Shown here in pieces: positions 1-13,095 of a stretch of 64,000 nucleotides of DNA. The number at the start of each line of letters is the position of its first letter. Position 1 is the stretch's first letter. Both the position numbers and the translations under genes were made by a program. Under the pieces are notes generated by a model. The model made no database searches. It worked only from the letters and a program-made list of their open reading frames with translations, and had not been told where the DNA came from. Origin of the DNA: a virus (lineage: Duplodnaviria > Heunggongvirae > Uroviricota > Caudoviricetes); the IMG/VR virus record IMGVR_UViG_3300031992_000063, positions 22,390 to 86,389 of that record, one strand, 5' to 3'.

Positions 1-3000
1 ACCAATTATACAACTGCTGCCACCACCGCTACTTAGAGTGGATAGTTAATTGTAACAAGTGGTGATAGTTCTAATAATGTAGCTATTGAATTATATAGAA
101 ATAGCAGTGCCTCATGGCAAATTTATAATTCTAGTGGAGAATTATAGTTTAATAATAATTATACTACAGCAGCTTAGACAACTTATTCTCGTAATGCGCT
201 TAAATTAAGTTATAATACTGGTAATGCAACATTTGCAGGGACAGTAACTGCTACTGGAGGTTTCAGCGGCAGTCTCACTGGTAATGCTACTACCGCTGGT
301 TCAGCAGGAAAATTAACTTATCAATCTAAAATTAATACTTTAGAAGCATTAGATGCTTTCCATGAAGCTTAGACTTTTAAAGTCGCTACTCTTGCTTATT
401 TAGAAGGACATTCAGGTACACTTACTAAAAATGATGGTATAATTATTTCAGTTCCTTGGAGTGAATCATACGGCCATTAGTTTTATGTTGATGATAATAG
501 TTATTAGTTACATCATAGATTTTTACGGCCAGTAACAGTTAATGATGTTTCTACTCCTACTTGGGCCGATTGGGTTTAGATTATTGATAGCTCTAATTAT
601 ACAAGTTATACTGTAAAAAAAGATGGTACGGGAGCATCAGGAACTTGGGGAATTTCAATTAGCGGTAAAGCGACTACCGCTGGTACTGCAGATAAAATCA
701 GTAATTTGACTACTGCAGATTAGGCTTCTTCTGCCGCAACTTGGCGTAGAGTATGGATTTCTTATAATGATAATGTATATGGACGTCCAGCTTACACTGA
801 TAATTTAGTTTATCAAACTTCAACTAATACATTAAAAACGCCACATTTGCTAATTGAGCATGTCTCTGGCGGTTAGGCTGAAATGCATATAACATATAGC
901 ACTACAATAGATTATTGGTGGGGTGTGGGCACCGGAAATGAAAATCATGGGCTATATGATGTAAAAGCAAACAAGTGGATACTTTCTGCAGGAAGTGCTA
1001 ATACTTGGAGTTTTGTAGGAAATGCTGATACAGCAACCACTGCAACAAATCTTTCAGCAAAGCCTTCACTTGCGGCAAGCGAGAATAATATTACAGTGAC
1101 CGCTGGCGGAAAAACTAGTGATGCTTTTACTGTACCATATGCATCTAAAGCTGATACAATTAATTTAATCACTAATGAATAGTTTACTACAGATGCAGCT
1201 GGATGGTATACTGTGGCTTCATATAACTCTGCCAGTAATACAACCAGAGGAGATTTATGGTTTGCAATTTCTCATGGAGGCGGCGATATGTCTCCTTTAA
1301 GCTGCTGGATTCATTGTATTTTAACCTGGTCTACTGGTTCAATGGTTGATGCGCAATTCTTTGGTTCTAATAATTATGTTAAAGGCGTACGAATGACTAA
1401 AGATAGCGAAAAGACTTATATAGAAGTTAAATTCGGATCTTAGATAAAAAGTTCAAGTGCATTAATTGTACCAAGAAATATATTTACATCATTTAGTAAT
1501 AATTCTTATACATGGCATACTGGGGCACTTACTGCTTCCGCGTCAAATCGTACTATTGGTACAGAATATTTACATAATGGAAGTAGTATTAGTGTTTAGA
1601 ATACAATTGCCGCAAGCACGTTTATGGGACCTTTATATGGTAATGCGTCATCAGCTAGTAATATTAGCGAAAAAACTCCAATACTTGCTGCTTCTATTGA
1701 AAGTAATGAAATAAAAATTATAGATTTAGGTAACAGCGCTCCAGTTGCAGGGGCAGCGTAGCGGCATGCCATTGATTTTAGATGGTATAATTCTCACTGG
1801 GCAATAGGTAATTTACGCAGTGGTAATACTCAAAGTGCTGGATTTGGATTTAGTTATAGTAGCGATAGTGGAACAACTTATTCTAATTTAGTTACTATTT
1901 CTACCTCAGGGGAAATTACAGCGACCGGAGGATTTAGTGGTGATTTAACCGGTAATGTTAGTGGTTCTTCTGGAAGTTGTACTGGAAACGCAGCAACCGC
2001 GACAGGTATTTCAAAAGCAGGGGGCTCTACTGCTAACTTCTGGCGGGGTGACAATACTTGGTCTGATACATTAGTTGGCCCATTATATATTAACAGTACA
2101 ACAGATGCAGGTGGCACTGGTGATACGGGAGCATTAATAATTGGTAGCAAAACGGCAGAAAATATTGCCATTGATACTAATGAAGTTATGGCCCGCAACA
2201 ATAAATCTACTGCAACATTGTACCTTAATAACGATGGCGGACTAGTATCTATTGGTAGCGGTGGTTTATCGACAAGTGGAAAAATTACTAGTACATTAGA
2301 AGGTACTGCTGCTTAGTTTGGCAAGAATTCTGTATTAACAGTGACTGATAATGCTACTATTGCAAATAGAGCAGTTGATATTAAAGGAAAATTAAATTTA
2401 GATAGAGTTAGTAGTGCATCTTTTGGGCGTATTAGTTATTATTCTCCTTCCTATACAACTTGGTTTGATTATATGTCAGAGTCGGGGAATGGTAATGCGC
2501 CAACTGGCGGTAAACCAAGTACTTTAGGTAATGTAACTACTTGGGCTATTAGACATTTAATTGAACAAAATTCTGGGTACGGTTGGATTTGGGAATCATG
2601 TGCTAACGGTGCAGCTTCGGCAAATACAGTAACGCCAACGCCACGTATGGCATTAAGTTCAAATAATGGCCAACTAAGAATTGCGCCAAGTGCCTCATCT
2701 ACAACGAATGAAAGTGGCGGGTTAATTATTGATAGCTCAGTAAATGGTAGCTCTGGTAATGTAGCTCTAGAATTATGGCGTGGAAGTAATGCTTCATGGC
2801 AAATTGCTAATGAAGGCGGCAATTTATATATCCGTAATAACTGGACTACGGCCAAATAGACTTCATATACGCAAACTTCAGTTACAATTAATTATAATAC
2901 TGGTAATACAACATTCGCAGGAACAGTAACTGCAACTAAAGGCTTTAGTGGCCCATTAACTGGTAATGTTACTGGAAACGTTAGCGGCTCTTCTGGTTCA

Positions 3001-3675
3001 TGTACTGGTAACGCAGCAACTGCGACTACAGCTACTTATATTAAATGTACTGATACTCGCAATACTGAACTTAATCCTACGGATCTGAATGCAGCTACAG
3101 GCGTGCGTTTTGATTTTAAAGCAAAAGGTACTATTAGCTTAACCGCTACTGATCCTTACGCAGGAGTAATGTCATTTCGCCCTTACGCCAGTAATAGCGA
3201 CTGGTCAGGTGGCAATGCTCATCAATTAGCGTTTAATAGTGAAGGACTACATTGGCGTAATGGCGGCGCATCTTGGGGAAATTGGAATTAGATATTAGAT
3301 AGTAGTAATACATATGCAGCTGACGCCAATGGCTCTACTATTTCTCTTTCTTGGGGTGGCACAGCAACTTTAGCTACTATTAAAGGCGCTACTGTAAAAA
3401 TAACAATGCCAAATAATCCTAATACTGATTCTTCTGTTAAACAATCTTCCTCCACCTTACAAAACAAATGGCGCAAAGTAATACTTGGTTATAGTGAATA
3501 TGCTGCTTCTAACACAGCTGTAGGAGATGCCGTAACCAATGTTACATATATGGCATAGGATGTTGCGGTTTAGCCGCATACTGGCGCGATGCGCGCTAAT
3601 TCTTACAAAGTAACCGACAACGTAACTCTCCAATGGAACTCCACCGATAGTTCACTAGATTTCGTATTCGCATAA
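1..3675 (+). CDS. Tail fibre / receptor-binding protein, 5'-partial, more than 1200 codons; TAG read as sense
   Basis: Frame 1 is open from nt 1 to TAA at 3673-3675 and is interrupted only by about 19 TAG codons. Gly/Ser/Thr/Asn-rich repetitive tail-fibre composition with duplicated modules such as ...SASWQI.N..G.L.F.NN.TTA.(TAG)T.Y... The ORF track splits it into fragments 883..1182, 1213..1443, 2341..2859 and 3103..3291, all in the same frame. Confidence 0.75.
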
Positions 3676-3690
3676 GGATGGTGAATTCAT

Positions 3691-4026
3691 ATGTACACAT
3701 TACAGCTTGCTGATGGTTCAGCAATAGAAAATTTAAGGCGCTTAAATCCAAGCACTTTTATATTAGATGATACTGGCGCGAATATCTATGCCCGTCTATC
3801 TGATAGTAATCTTGAATTCGCCACCTTACTAAATGGGGACGAATTGGATGATGTGCTTATTGATTATACATTATAGAATTATACTGTCTAGGGAGGAACA
3901 ATCCGTTTTAGGATTGCTCCTCTCTAGGCTTTGGAAGAGCAAGAAAAACATAAGATAGAGCGAGAAAGATTGAAGAGAAATCATTGGTATATGGCCTTGA
4001 GAGTGGAAAAGGAGATGGGGTTGTGA
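3691..4026 (+). CDS. Small tail-associated protein (about 111 aa) with 3 in-frame TAG
   Basis: ATG 3691 in frame 1 reads through TAG three times to TGA at 4024-4026. Its stop overlaps the next gene's GTG start (GTGA junction). Contains a 17-bp hairpin. Confidence 0.45.
3885..3930 (+). other. 17-bp imperfect hairpin inside the 3691..4026 gene
   Basis: CTAGGGAGGAACAATCC-GTTTTA-GGATTGCTCCTCTCTAG. Confidence 0.4.
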
Positions 4027-6419
4027 GCTTACGTTTATGGGCGCCATTAAATGGCGACTTGCGGCAGATTGGAGCTTCTAATGCAGTATTAACGAATGAT
4101 GGAGCTACTGTTGATAATAACGGGAAAATTGGTAAATGTTATTCATTTGCTAATACTCATATTATAGTTGATAGCACTGATATTCAAGATATTTTATCAT
4201 CAACAACTTAGCCATTTTCAATGGCTTGTTGGATATATTTAAACAGCGATGAAACTGATAGAGTTATTATATTTGGAAATTATAGCGCCAATCCTTTTGT
4301 AAACTGGGAATTAGCTGCAAATTGTACTTAGCGTTTATGCGCGGGAGGTACAAGTAATTATGCTAATCGTACTAATAGTACTGTAGTTCCAAAAACTACT
4401 TGGACACATATTGCGGTAACATACAACGGAGCTACTACTACTTTCTATTAGAATGGTACTTCTGTTGGTAGTGTTAATGGCGTAAATACATTAACAACCA
4501 AAACAGCAAGTTCTAGATTTTATTTAGGCAGCGACGTTCGCAATGATGCTACGCGGTTAAAGGGAAAAATGAATGATTTTAGATTTTACGATCATTGCCT
4601 TTCTGCCGCTGAAGTTAAGGAAATTAGTTAGGGGCTGGTATTGCATTATAAGTTGGATGGAGGGGTGTTTGGAAATCCAAATCTATTAACCAATACAGAA
4701 AGATTAGATGCTAATGTTACCAAACCTTCAGGAGTGACAATTACTTCAAATGGATACAATAATTTTACTACCGCTACATATAATAATACATCTGGTACTT
4801 CATATCATGAATTATTAAGTTGGAGTGGGAAAGTAACGGTTTCAGCAAATGAAGTATATACTGCTTCATTTTATGCTAAATCTCCAACATCTGCTACATT
4901 AACTACCTATTTTTATAACAATACTTCTGGAGTAGTTTAGAATCAACTAGCAAAATCTTCTACCGGAGTAACTAGTAATGGTAGCGATGGAGTAATTTCT
5001 ATGGCATTAACTCCAAATTGGCAACGATATTGGATTACTTGGACGTTTAATTCTGTAGCAACATCTGCTACGAAAACTTTACTTTTTCGTCTTTTAAAGG
5101 GCTAGGGTGAAGTCTCAGTATGTGGTATTAAACTTGAAAAGGGTAATGCCGCGACTCCTTGGTGTCCCGCAGATAGCGAGCTATCAATTGATAGGACAAT
5201 TGTTGAAGATAGTAGTGGCTATAATCACAATGCCATATCCAATGGCTCCGCTGTAGTAACTCTAGATTCTGATACTCCTAAATATTCAGCTTCTACAAAA
5301 TTTATATCTGGTTCTAGAATAGCGATGCCCGTTGCTTCATCTACATGTCTGCCCACAGACGCTATTACGGTCAGTATATGGTATAAATCATCCGGTGGTA
5401 CTGCTCGATTTTTATCATGCACTGAAGGCGGCGGTTGGAACTTTGAAGTCAATTCTTCTAAAGCTTCTTTTCCCTTTTATATAAAAGGAAAAGGATATGG
5501 TCGTGTTATTGCTACTTAGAACTTCTATTCAGATAACATATGGCATATGATAACAGCATCATATAATGGAGTGAGTACTGCTAAAATTTATTTAGATGGT
5601 TAGTTAAATAATACGGCTACTATTACTAGCGGATGGGAAAATATACCGATTTCATATGCTACCTCTACTCCATTAACTCTTGGGGCAGAAGCTTAGACAA
5701 TCGCATCTCCAATTGCGGGAACTTATGTAGGCAATTTGAGTGATTTAAGAATATATTGTACTGCATTAAGCGATGATGCGGTACTTGAACTATATCACAC
5801 TGGCGCAAAAGTAGACAATAAAGCCAATATTCACACATATGAGATTAATGAAAATGGCGCGAATAAATTAACCAAAACTGGCATCTTATATGATAATATG
5901 ATAGAATCTATTAAAGTTCTGCCAGACGGAAGTTATTGGCAACTTCTCTTATTTCATTACGTAGATAACGGCAATAACCTTTTCACTTCTTCCAATGCCA
6001 CCAATTGTAACGACTTCGGTTTATATAGCCGCCTAAAAGATATAAATAATTTTACCTATAATGGAAAATATGAGTTCTATGTAATCCAAGATGATATAGA
6101 ATACCGATGGACACAAACAAACCAGCCAACCGCTTCTTCAGTTTCAGGATTAACTACTGTTAGTGGCTATGCCAACCCAGTTAATGGTCTAGCTAAAGCA
6201 AGCCAATCATATACATATATTGGCTATGGTACTTGGTGGGGTGCTTGCGGTGCGTGGACTAAATATTCAACTGGCGGAAAAACTGGTATTCCAGGTTTTG
6301 GCACTCATGATGTCAATGGTATGTGTACGCGTTATTTGGCATTGTATGCACGAATAGAAAAACCAGACGCAAAATTATCAAATCAAACTGCTAATAGTTT
6401 TGAATTTATAGAACTCTAA
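4023..6419 (+). CDS. Tail fibre / receptor-binding protein with two LamG (concanavalin A-like lectin) domains; TAG read as sense
   Basis: Frame 3 is open from GTG 4023 (RBS AAAGGAG 9 nt upstream) to TAA at 6417-6419, with about 9 in-frame TAG. LamG signatures are WTHIAVTYNGATTTFY(TAG)NG...RFYLGSD...FRFYDHCLSAAEV and a second copy ...ITVSIWYKSSGG...KIYLDG... The ORF track fragments 3984, 4641, 5325 and 5736 are all in frame 3. Confidence 0.75.
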
Positions 6420-6422
6420 TAT

Positions 6423-6452
6423 TTGACAATTCATTAACTAATATGATATAAT
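6423..6452 (+). promoter_or_regulatory. Consensus sigma70/SigA-type promoter (TTGACA - 18 nt - TGaTATAAT)
   Basis: Member of the promoter family repeated about 23 times in this window. Confidence 0.6.
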
Positions 6453-6543
6453 ATAATTATAGTAAAGGGCTGCTGCTTCGCGCCGGTCGCTTTACTGAAC
6501 CTATAAGGGGTGTATAGGCCCCTTATTATTTTAATAAGGGGGG

Positions 6544-6702
6544 ATGACTTATAGCGTAGTTAAAATCAACCGTTATTCAAGGAAGTTTGAGAGTAACGGA
6601 TACGACATATACAACGGACTTATCGGCAACAGAAATGTCTACGTCTTTAATGAAAATAAATACTGGTGGCACTGGAGCAGATTAGACCAACGCAGGAATT
6701 AA
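6544..6702 (+). CDS. Small ORF (52 aa) downstream of a strong RBS; frame 1
   Basis: AAGGGGGG followed by ATG 6544. It overlaps the open 5' end of the frame-2 tail-fibre gene. This could be a real leader gene or an alternative-frame artefact. Confidence 0.25.
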   Translation: MTYSVVKINRYSRKFESNGYDIYNGLIGNRNVYVFNENKYWWHWSRLDQRRN

Positions 6703-9004
6703 TTTTTATAATGGTACAACATTAACTGGACATATGGGTAGTAGTAATACAGTTGTAGGAATTTACGGAGCTGACTCAATAGTTTTACGTCCAGGTGGAG
6801 CATCGGGAAATTCAACCAAAGGATTAAAATTATCTGCATCTAGTTTATTACCATAGCCCGCTAATACAATTGATCTCGGTGGTACTAGCAATTATTGGAA
6901 AACCGCATATTTAAGTGATATATATTTGTCAAGCGCTACCGCCTCATAGGCGATTGTTACGGATGCGGATAAGAAATTAGTAAGTAAACAATATACTCAA
7001 GACAACGTCGCATCCACTCTTGTATCTAGAGACGCAAGTGGTGATTTTAGTGCTCACACTATTACAGCGGCATTAAATGGTAATGCCTCAACTGCAACTA
7101 AACTTGCTGCCGCATGCACTATTTGGGGACATTCTTTTGATGGTAGTGGAGATATAGATGGTAATCCTATATTAAAAAATAGTGGTTCACGCTATCATTA
7201 TATTTATATTAAATAGCATAATACAGATAATACTGTCGGGGCTATAATGTACGATACTGGTAATGCTACCAATGTTACAGCCGGCCATTGGTATTTTTAT
7301 TCATATAGTCCAAAAGCAACAGCCGATAGTGGAACAAGTGGTCATTTTGAACGTTATCATTTACCAGCAGTAGATATAGGACGAACCAGCGATAAAACTT
7401 ATCAAATATTAACTGATAAATCTGTAGTTACAGTAGCATAGGGCGGTACTGGTATAACTACAGCTACATATAAAAATGCTATTATTGCGGGTAATGCCAG
7501 TACTGTGACAAATGCTTTTTAGGCTATTCGCACTAATAATGGAGCTTTTTATGCTACTGCGTAGGATGGAGCACCAAGTTTTGGCACATTACCAGTCGCA
7601 TAGGGCGGCACTGGCGCAACAAGTGCGGGTGCTGCTTATTCCAATATTAAGAATGGTAATTTTTTGTCTTGTAGTACCGCAATAGATGATGCCGCAAAAG
7701 TAGCTAGTTATACTGGTTTTGCACTAAAAACTGGAATAACTATAAGTATTAAATTTACACTATAGAATACCGCTGCAAATCCTACTTTAAATGTTAATGG
7801 TACCGGGGCAAAAGCAATTTATTGTAATGGAACAAGAGTAACCACTAAAGGTTTAGCACAAAATTACATTTATAGATTAATGTATGATGGAACTGATTGG
7901 CAAATTATAAATCCATAGAATAATTTAATTGGAACATGTGATACTGCAGTAGATACCACTGCTAAAACTTTAGATATTCCAGGATTTATACCATATACCG
8001 GAGCAACAGTATGGATTCAATTTACTAATAATAATAGTACTGCCACTCCAACTTTAAATATTAATGGTTATGGAGCGAAAAATATTTATAATGCTGGTGG
8101 ATAGACACGTACTCAATGGTATGTTTTTAATAAGAATCAATATCAAATTTTCATGTATGATGGTACTAAATTTAATATGACTGGTAATACTTTAAGACGT
8201 GAAATCTCTTTAGGAACTACTAGCTCACATGGATATGAAACAATCTTTTTAGGAAATAATATAGTTTCTACATCTCAAAATGGTATGACAGGAGTATTAG
8301 GATTATATAATGCCAAAACAAATGTTTTAAGAATTACAGCTGAAAAAAATAATTCTACTACTAATCGTTATTGGTATTTGCCTGATTTAAATTCTAATCG
8401 TTATTTTGTTACGCGTAATGCAGACGGTAGCCTAGGGAGTGAATCATAGCCAGTATATATTAGCGCTCACGCGGCAGTTAGCCTTTGTACTGCCACCCTT
8501 GATCTCGTCTATCCTGTCGGTTCTATCTACATTTCCACGGTTGCTGACAATCCGGGTGGCGGCGCAGATGCTATTTTTCCGAATACAACATGGGTGGCAT
8601 TTGGAAAAGGTAGAATGCTTATTGGATATGATGATGCACAAGGTAGCACCTTTGGTACTGGTGGCGCAGAAGGCGGAAGTACGACAAAATCGCTTGTTGA
8701 CGTTAATCTTCCTAGCCATTAGCATTTAATTAGTAGTGATAAAGTATCTACTAATAGTACTGGAGCACACCAACATAAAGGTTATAATGACTGGGTAGCA
8801 ACCACAAACGGAGGTTCTGGTCGTTTAACTGGCCAACAGAGCGGTTCTTCAAATACTTCAAATCCTATTACTCAATCTGCTGGCGATCATTCTCATACAG
8901 TTTCTGGTGTAACTGATTTTACTCCAGCAGAAGGCTCTGGTGCAGTTCCCTTTGATGTAATGAACCCTTATGTTGTAGTTTATATGTGGAAACGTACCGT
9001 GTAA
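6650..9004 (+). CDS. Tail fibre protein with a C-terminal HxH needle-type domain; TAG read as sense; N-terminus uncertain
   Basis: Frame 2 is open from 6548 to TAA at 9002-9004 with about 13 in-frame TAG. The first ATG is at 6650. Contains ...VA(TAG)GGTGITTA... and ...VA(TAG)GGTGATSAGAA... tail-fibre motifs. The C-terminal ...GAHQHKG...AGDHSHTVSG... HxH motifs resemble T4 gp37 and lambda Stf tips. Confidence 0.7.
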
Positions 9005-9020
9005 AAGGAGGACTTAATAA

Positions 9021-9551
9021 ATGATTAAAATTAACAATTTAGAACTTCAAGAAATATCTTGTTCCTATACAGATTCTACTTTACGAATTGTTGCGGATAT
9101 TTAGAATATAACTCTCCAAGAGCTTGAATCTTACTTTTCTTTTAATACCGATGCTACCATTGAACAATATATTAATGATACCCTTATCAATAAATGGTAT
9201 TATAAGGAATTTAAATCAATTGGTTATGAAAAAACAGAAACTGGGTGGCATATCAATTTAACTCTTGAAGCCTATGTTATCGCTCAAGACAATATTACCG
9301 ATATATATAATTTACTTCAAGAAAAAGAAGACGCTCTTCTAGAGATTGCTTCTTTAATAGACACATCAGACACTCAAACCAATAAAATTAACGAAGCAAT
9401 TGAAAATGTTAATAAACAGATTGAAGAGTTAAAAAATTCAATATTAAAACGATTTAATGAATTACAACAAACAATTTATAACTTAAGTAATAACCAAACA
9501 CGATTAACTACTCGTGTAACCAATCTTGAGTTAAATCAAGGAGGTCGTTAA
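9021..9551 (+). CDS. Tail-associated hypothetical protein (176 aa), C-terminal coiled coil, 1 in-frame TAG
   Basis: RBS AAGGAGG followed by ATG 9021. Frame 3 runs to TAA at 9549-9551 with one TAG at codon 30. Missing from the ORF track because the TAG splits it. Confidence 0.55.
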
Positions 9552-9552
9552 T

Positions 9553-9660
9553 ATGGTTCAAATTTATGTACGACGTATCCGTGAGAAAAAAATGACATTG
9601 CAAGATGTACCATAGAAATGGCGCGAACAAGTTAAAACATATCTTGAAAATAATTAATTA
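9553..9660 (+). CDS. XkdX-like small phage protein (35 aa), 1 in-frame TAG
   Basis: ATG 9553 lies 1 nt after the previous stop, with RBS AAGGAGG. MVQIYVRRIREKKMTLQDVP(TAG)KWREQVKTYLENN resembles the XkdX family that follows tail-fibre genes in Bacillus phages. Confidence 0.45.
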
Positions 9661-9699
9661 AAATTAATTCTAACCTCACATCTTATATATAGAACTTCT

Positions 9700-9737
9700 A
9701 TGCCTAAAAGTTAAAAAGCTTTTAGGCATAATTTTTA
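9700..9737 (+). terminator. Rho-independent terminator
   Basis: ATGCCTAAAAG-TTAAAA-AGCTTTTAGGCAT followed by AATTTTT. Confidence 0.6.
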
Positions 9738-9752
9738 AGGAGGAAAAGGAGA

Positions 9753-10715
9753 ATGGAGTATACACATAAAAGTTGGGCAAATGGTGAAGTAATCACCGCG
9801 GCAGCACTAAATAATATTGAAGACGGAGTGAAGCGCGCAAACGATGCTGTTGATGGTATGGTAGCCAATGGAGTTTCTTCTAATTCACTAAATATTAATA
9901 ATAAAATTACCGGTACCAATGATGGTATTTTAACAGTAGATAAGAAATTAATAGTTGGAAATAATGATAGTAGCTCTACAACAGTAGTTAGTTTAAAAGG
10001 AATCCTTGAAACTAATAGTGAGATTATATTACCGTCAACTTAGTCTGACAATGCTAATTCTGCTACAAGTAAATCATATGTGGATAGTGAAATTAACAAT
10101 AAAATCGCTAATGCTCTTAATGATTATCAAGTGAAATCAATTAGTGTAGGACAAACTGGTGGAATTTCCACTTCAACTACTGATAAAGTAGTAACTTTAA
10201 CGCTTGCTACTGCTTCGGATAAACAATTGGGTGGAATCAAAGTAGGTAAAAATTTAACAATAGATAACGGTGTATTAAGTGGTGGTTATTCTGCTGCTGA
10301 GCCTTATATGGATGAAAATAATCCTGGGGCAGATGGATTAATGACAGCGAGCGATAAAGCAAAATTAACCAGTATCGCCGCAGGAGCAACAGCAAATATT
10401 GGTACTGTTACTGGCATCAGGATAAATAGCGATAGAGCCTATGCTCCAGAAGCAAGTGGCTAGGTAAATATTCAAGGAATAGTAACCGGAATTAAGGTAA
10501 GCAATAACACTATTCTTTCTCCAAATCCAGAAGCAACCGGTGAAGATATCGGTGTCGTTGATATTAGCAGCCACTTTTCTACTAAAGCTAATATCGCTAG
10601 CCCAACTTTTACCGGCACCGCTACTTTTGAGAAAATTAAAATCGGTAATTACGAACTTGACGAAACAAAACTATCACAATTACTTGCACTGCTTGAAAAT
10701 AATGGAGGCGAATAA
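9753..10715 (+). CDS. Tail fibre-like protein with the 'GLMxAxDKxKL' phage tail repeat (320 aa), 2 in-frame TAG
   Basis: RBS GGAGGAAAAGGAG followed by ATG 9753. The frame is continuous through TAG at 10041 and 10461 to TAA. Motif ...ADGLMTASDKAKLTSIAAGATAN... Confidence 0.65.
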
Positions 10716-10717
10716 TT

Positions 10718-10909
10718 ATGACTATAATGTCTAAACGCGGTTCATCTGACAACGTTCTAACATACGAACACATCTGCGACACCGTAGATGACTTACAAAC
10801 GATTGACCCTAAATACATAACTCTCGGCTCCGTCGCAATTGTTCTTAAAGGCGCGGCCGGACTTGAAGTTTATATGGCTACTTCTGATAAAGAATGGATT
10901 CATCTATAA
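10718..10909 (+). CDS. Hypothetical protein (63 aa)
   Basis: ORF track entry. RBS GGAGG. Confidence 0.5.
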   Translation: MTIMSKRGSSDNVLTYEHICDTVDDLQTIDPKYITLGSVAIVLKGAAGLEVYMATSDKEWIHL

Positions 10910-10922
10910 GGAGGAATAATAT

Positions 10923-12845
10923 ATGGATATTATTGATGTAATGCTTGCGAAAGCATTGTCTCCGCAAGGATAGGTTGAATCTTATGCGCGGCAATCTGAA
11001 ACAGCAGTAGCCAATGCGAATAGCGCCGTTGCCGCCATTGATAGTATTACGCAACAGACCAATACAAACAATACAAAATCATAGGAAACTCTCGCGGCGG
11101 CAGAGCAAGCATTAGAGAATGCTTCTGCCGCAGAAGAGCGTATTCAAGCGGCGCTAGACTCAATTCAAGGTTCTTCTACAGAGCAAATTGATGAAGAAAT
11201 TGATAAAATTGCGTTAAGTCTTGCCGCGACTGCTAATGGCTCTAAATTGACGCTTACTACGCCCTCTGGCGCGAAAAAAGAAGTAGAAGGATGGGCAATG
11301 CCGCAACAGCAGCAGCAAACCTTGTATTCTACCACCGGTTCTCACACCGATGGCGCAATGACGCAGAAGGCAGTTACTGATGCCTTAACTTCTTTAGACA
11401 ATAAAATTAAAACCAGCGGTGGCACAAGTAGTGGTGGCGTCAGCAATCTCGGTACTGATGCCGCAGGGCGTATCGTAGTAGTTGGCGCAGATGGTAATAT
11501 CATTGCTGGTGATATCACCGAAGCCGCTATTGTTCAGGCGCTAATTAAAGCAGGTACATATACCGCAGATGGCACTCTTGGTCTTACTATTGACTATGAA
11601 AATAAATCTTTTGAGCGTACCCAAGATGCTATTGGTTTGCGCGCAGGAGAAAACTTTGATGGTTATGCTATGTATGGCGGCAGAATGCGTTGTAATGTAC
11701 GAGATGATGGTACAATCACTGCCTTCTATGGAGATTTAAATTATAAAGAAGATGGCTCTAATGGGCAGGTTATGATTTATCAACCCAAGTTCTATTACCA
11801 GCGTTCTTTTGTCAAGGAAACGCCATCAGCTCACGGAACTATTATTCGGCGCGAAAATCTTATACTTTCCGCGCAGGAGCGAGTAGGCTTCCAACTTCAT
11901 CCTTTGTTTAAATCTGGCGATGAAGAACTAGATTATGTATTACTTCCTGCTTATGAAGGTAGTGTATATGATGCTAGTGAAAGTGCCTATCTTCTAAATA
12001 ACGAAAGCACTGTGGATATCGCCCAAGACAAATTGAGTTCTATTGCCGGTGCGAAGCCTTTTAATGGCACACATATGTCCTTAACAGTAGATATGGTTAA
12101 AGCACTCGCCGCAAATCGCGGTGCTGGTTGGCAACTAACTAATGCCGAATCCGAGTCCGCTCTACAAATGCTAGAAACAGTTGAGTTCGGTTCTATGAAC
12201 GGACAAGCCGCATTAGAGAAAGGTCTTACAGAAATCAACCGTGCCAATTCAACAGATTGTAGCGCAATTACTGGTTCTACTTCAAGCTTAGGTAATACTA
12301 CTGGCGCGGCGGAATCCACTGTAATTGACCGCGATGGCACTAGAACAACCTCTTCTGTTGCCGGTTCTCGCGCAATTAGCTACCGTGGTATGGAAAATCC
12401 TTGGGGTGAAATGTGGAGACTTATTGGTAATGGAGAAATCCAGGGCAATGGAAATACTCTCGGCGGCGTTCCTTATATCAATGGTAACCCGCTTAATATT
12501 CACCTTCCTCACGCATCTTCTGCTTGGATTTCTGCTATGGGATATCAAAATCTTAAATACGATTGGATGTATCTTCCAATTGAATGTGCTACAAGCGCGA
12601 ATAGCGCAGTTCCAGTAGGCGATGCTCTCTGGACTACTCAAAATCTTAATGCTACTAACCTCTTAGCAGTTGGCGGTTCAATTAATGCGAATGATGCCGC
12701 AGGCCCATTCTATTATAGCGCTGACATCGGTATGACAAGTGAAATTCGTTATTTTAATGGGCGCATTATGTTTGTGCCAACAAAGAACTCCATTTATGAT
12801 GCTAATATCACTAAATGGCGCGCGCACTATAAGGAGGGACAGTAA
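10923..12845 (+). CDS. Receptor-binding tail protein (about 640 aa), 2 in-frame TAG near the N-terminus
   Basis: RBS AAGGAGGA followed by ATG 10923. It is in the same frame as ORF 11247..12845 and joined to it through TAG codons at about 10974 and 11082. Confidence 0.65.
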
Positions 12846-12846
12846 T

Positions 12847-13092
12847 ATGATAGATTATGGAAGACAGTTTGGCTTTGTTGAGCCGCAAGAAGTAGAATTT
12901 ACAGATACTTCTGTATTTGTTGCTTCTAATATTCAGCCTAAAAATAAAAATGTAGAAGACTTTCAAATTAATGGATACGAATATGACCTTGTACAATATA
13001 CAAAGGATGAATATTTAATGAAGCAAGCCAATAGTATTGCCGCCTTACAACAAGAACTCGCCGCGGCAAAGATATTATTGGGGGTGGAGTAA
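12847..13092 (+). CDS. Hypothetical small tail-associated protein (81 aa)
   Basis: ATG 1 nt after the upstream stop, with RBS AAGGAGGG. Confidence 0.5.
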   Translation: MIDYGRQFGFVEPQEVEFTDTSVFVASNIQPKNKNVEDFQINGYEYDLVQYTKDEYLMKQANSIAALQQELAAAKILLGVE

Positions 13093-13095
13093 TCA

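Noticed and set aside
8439-8729. ORF 8439..8729 (+) and 8444..8725 (-) as separate genes at the end of the tail-fibre block.
   Set aside because: They are alternative-frame readings inside the frame-2 tail-fibre gene (about 6650..9004), whose sequence is coherent through this region. The alternative frames give non-protein-like, Cys/Arg-rich junk.
1-9004. Tail-fibre region as a field of frameshifted pseudogenes or a low-quality assembly, because the ORF track shows only short fragments.
   Set aside because: All interruptions are TAG, with more than 40 instances, and none are TAA or TGA. The fragments are always in the same frame. Protein-like sequence and paralogous repeats continue straight across each TAG. 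GTGA and ATGA gene junctions only make sense with read-through. Recoding explains everything, whereas pseudogenisation would give mixed stops and frame changes.
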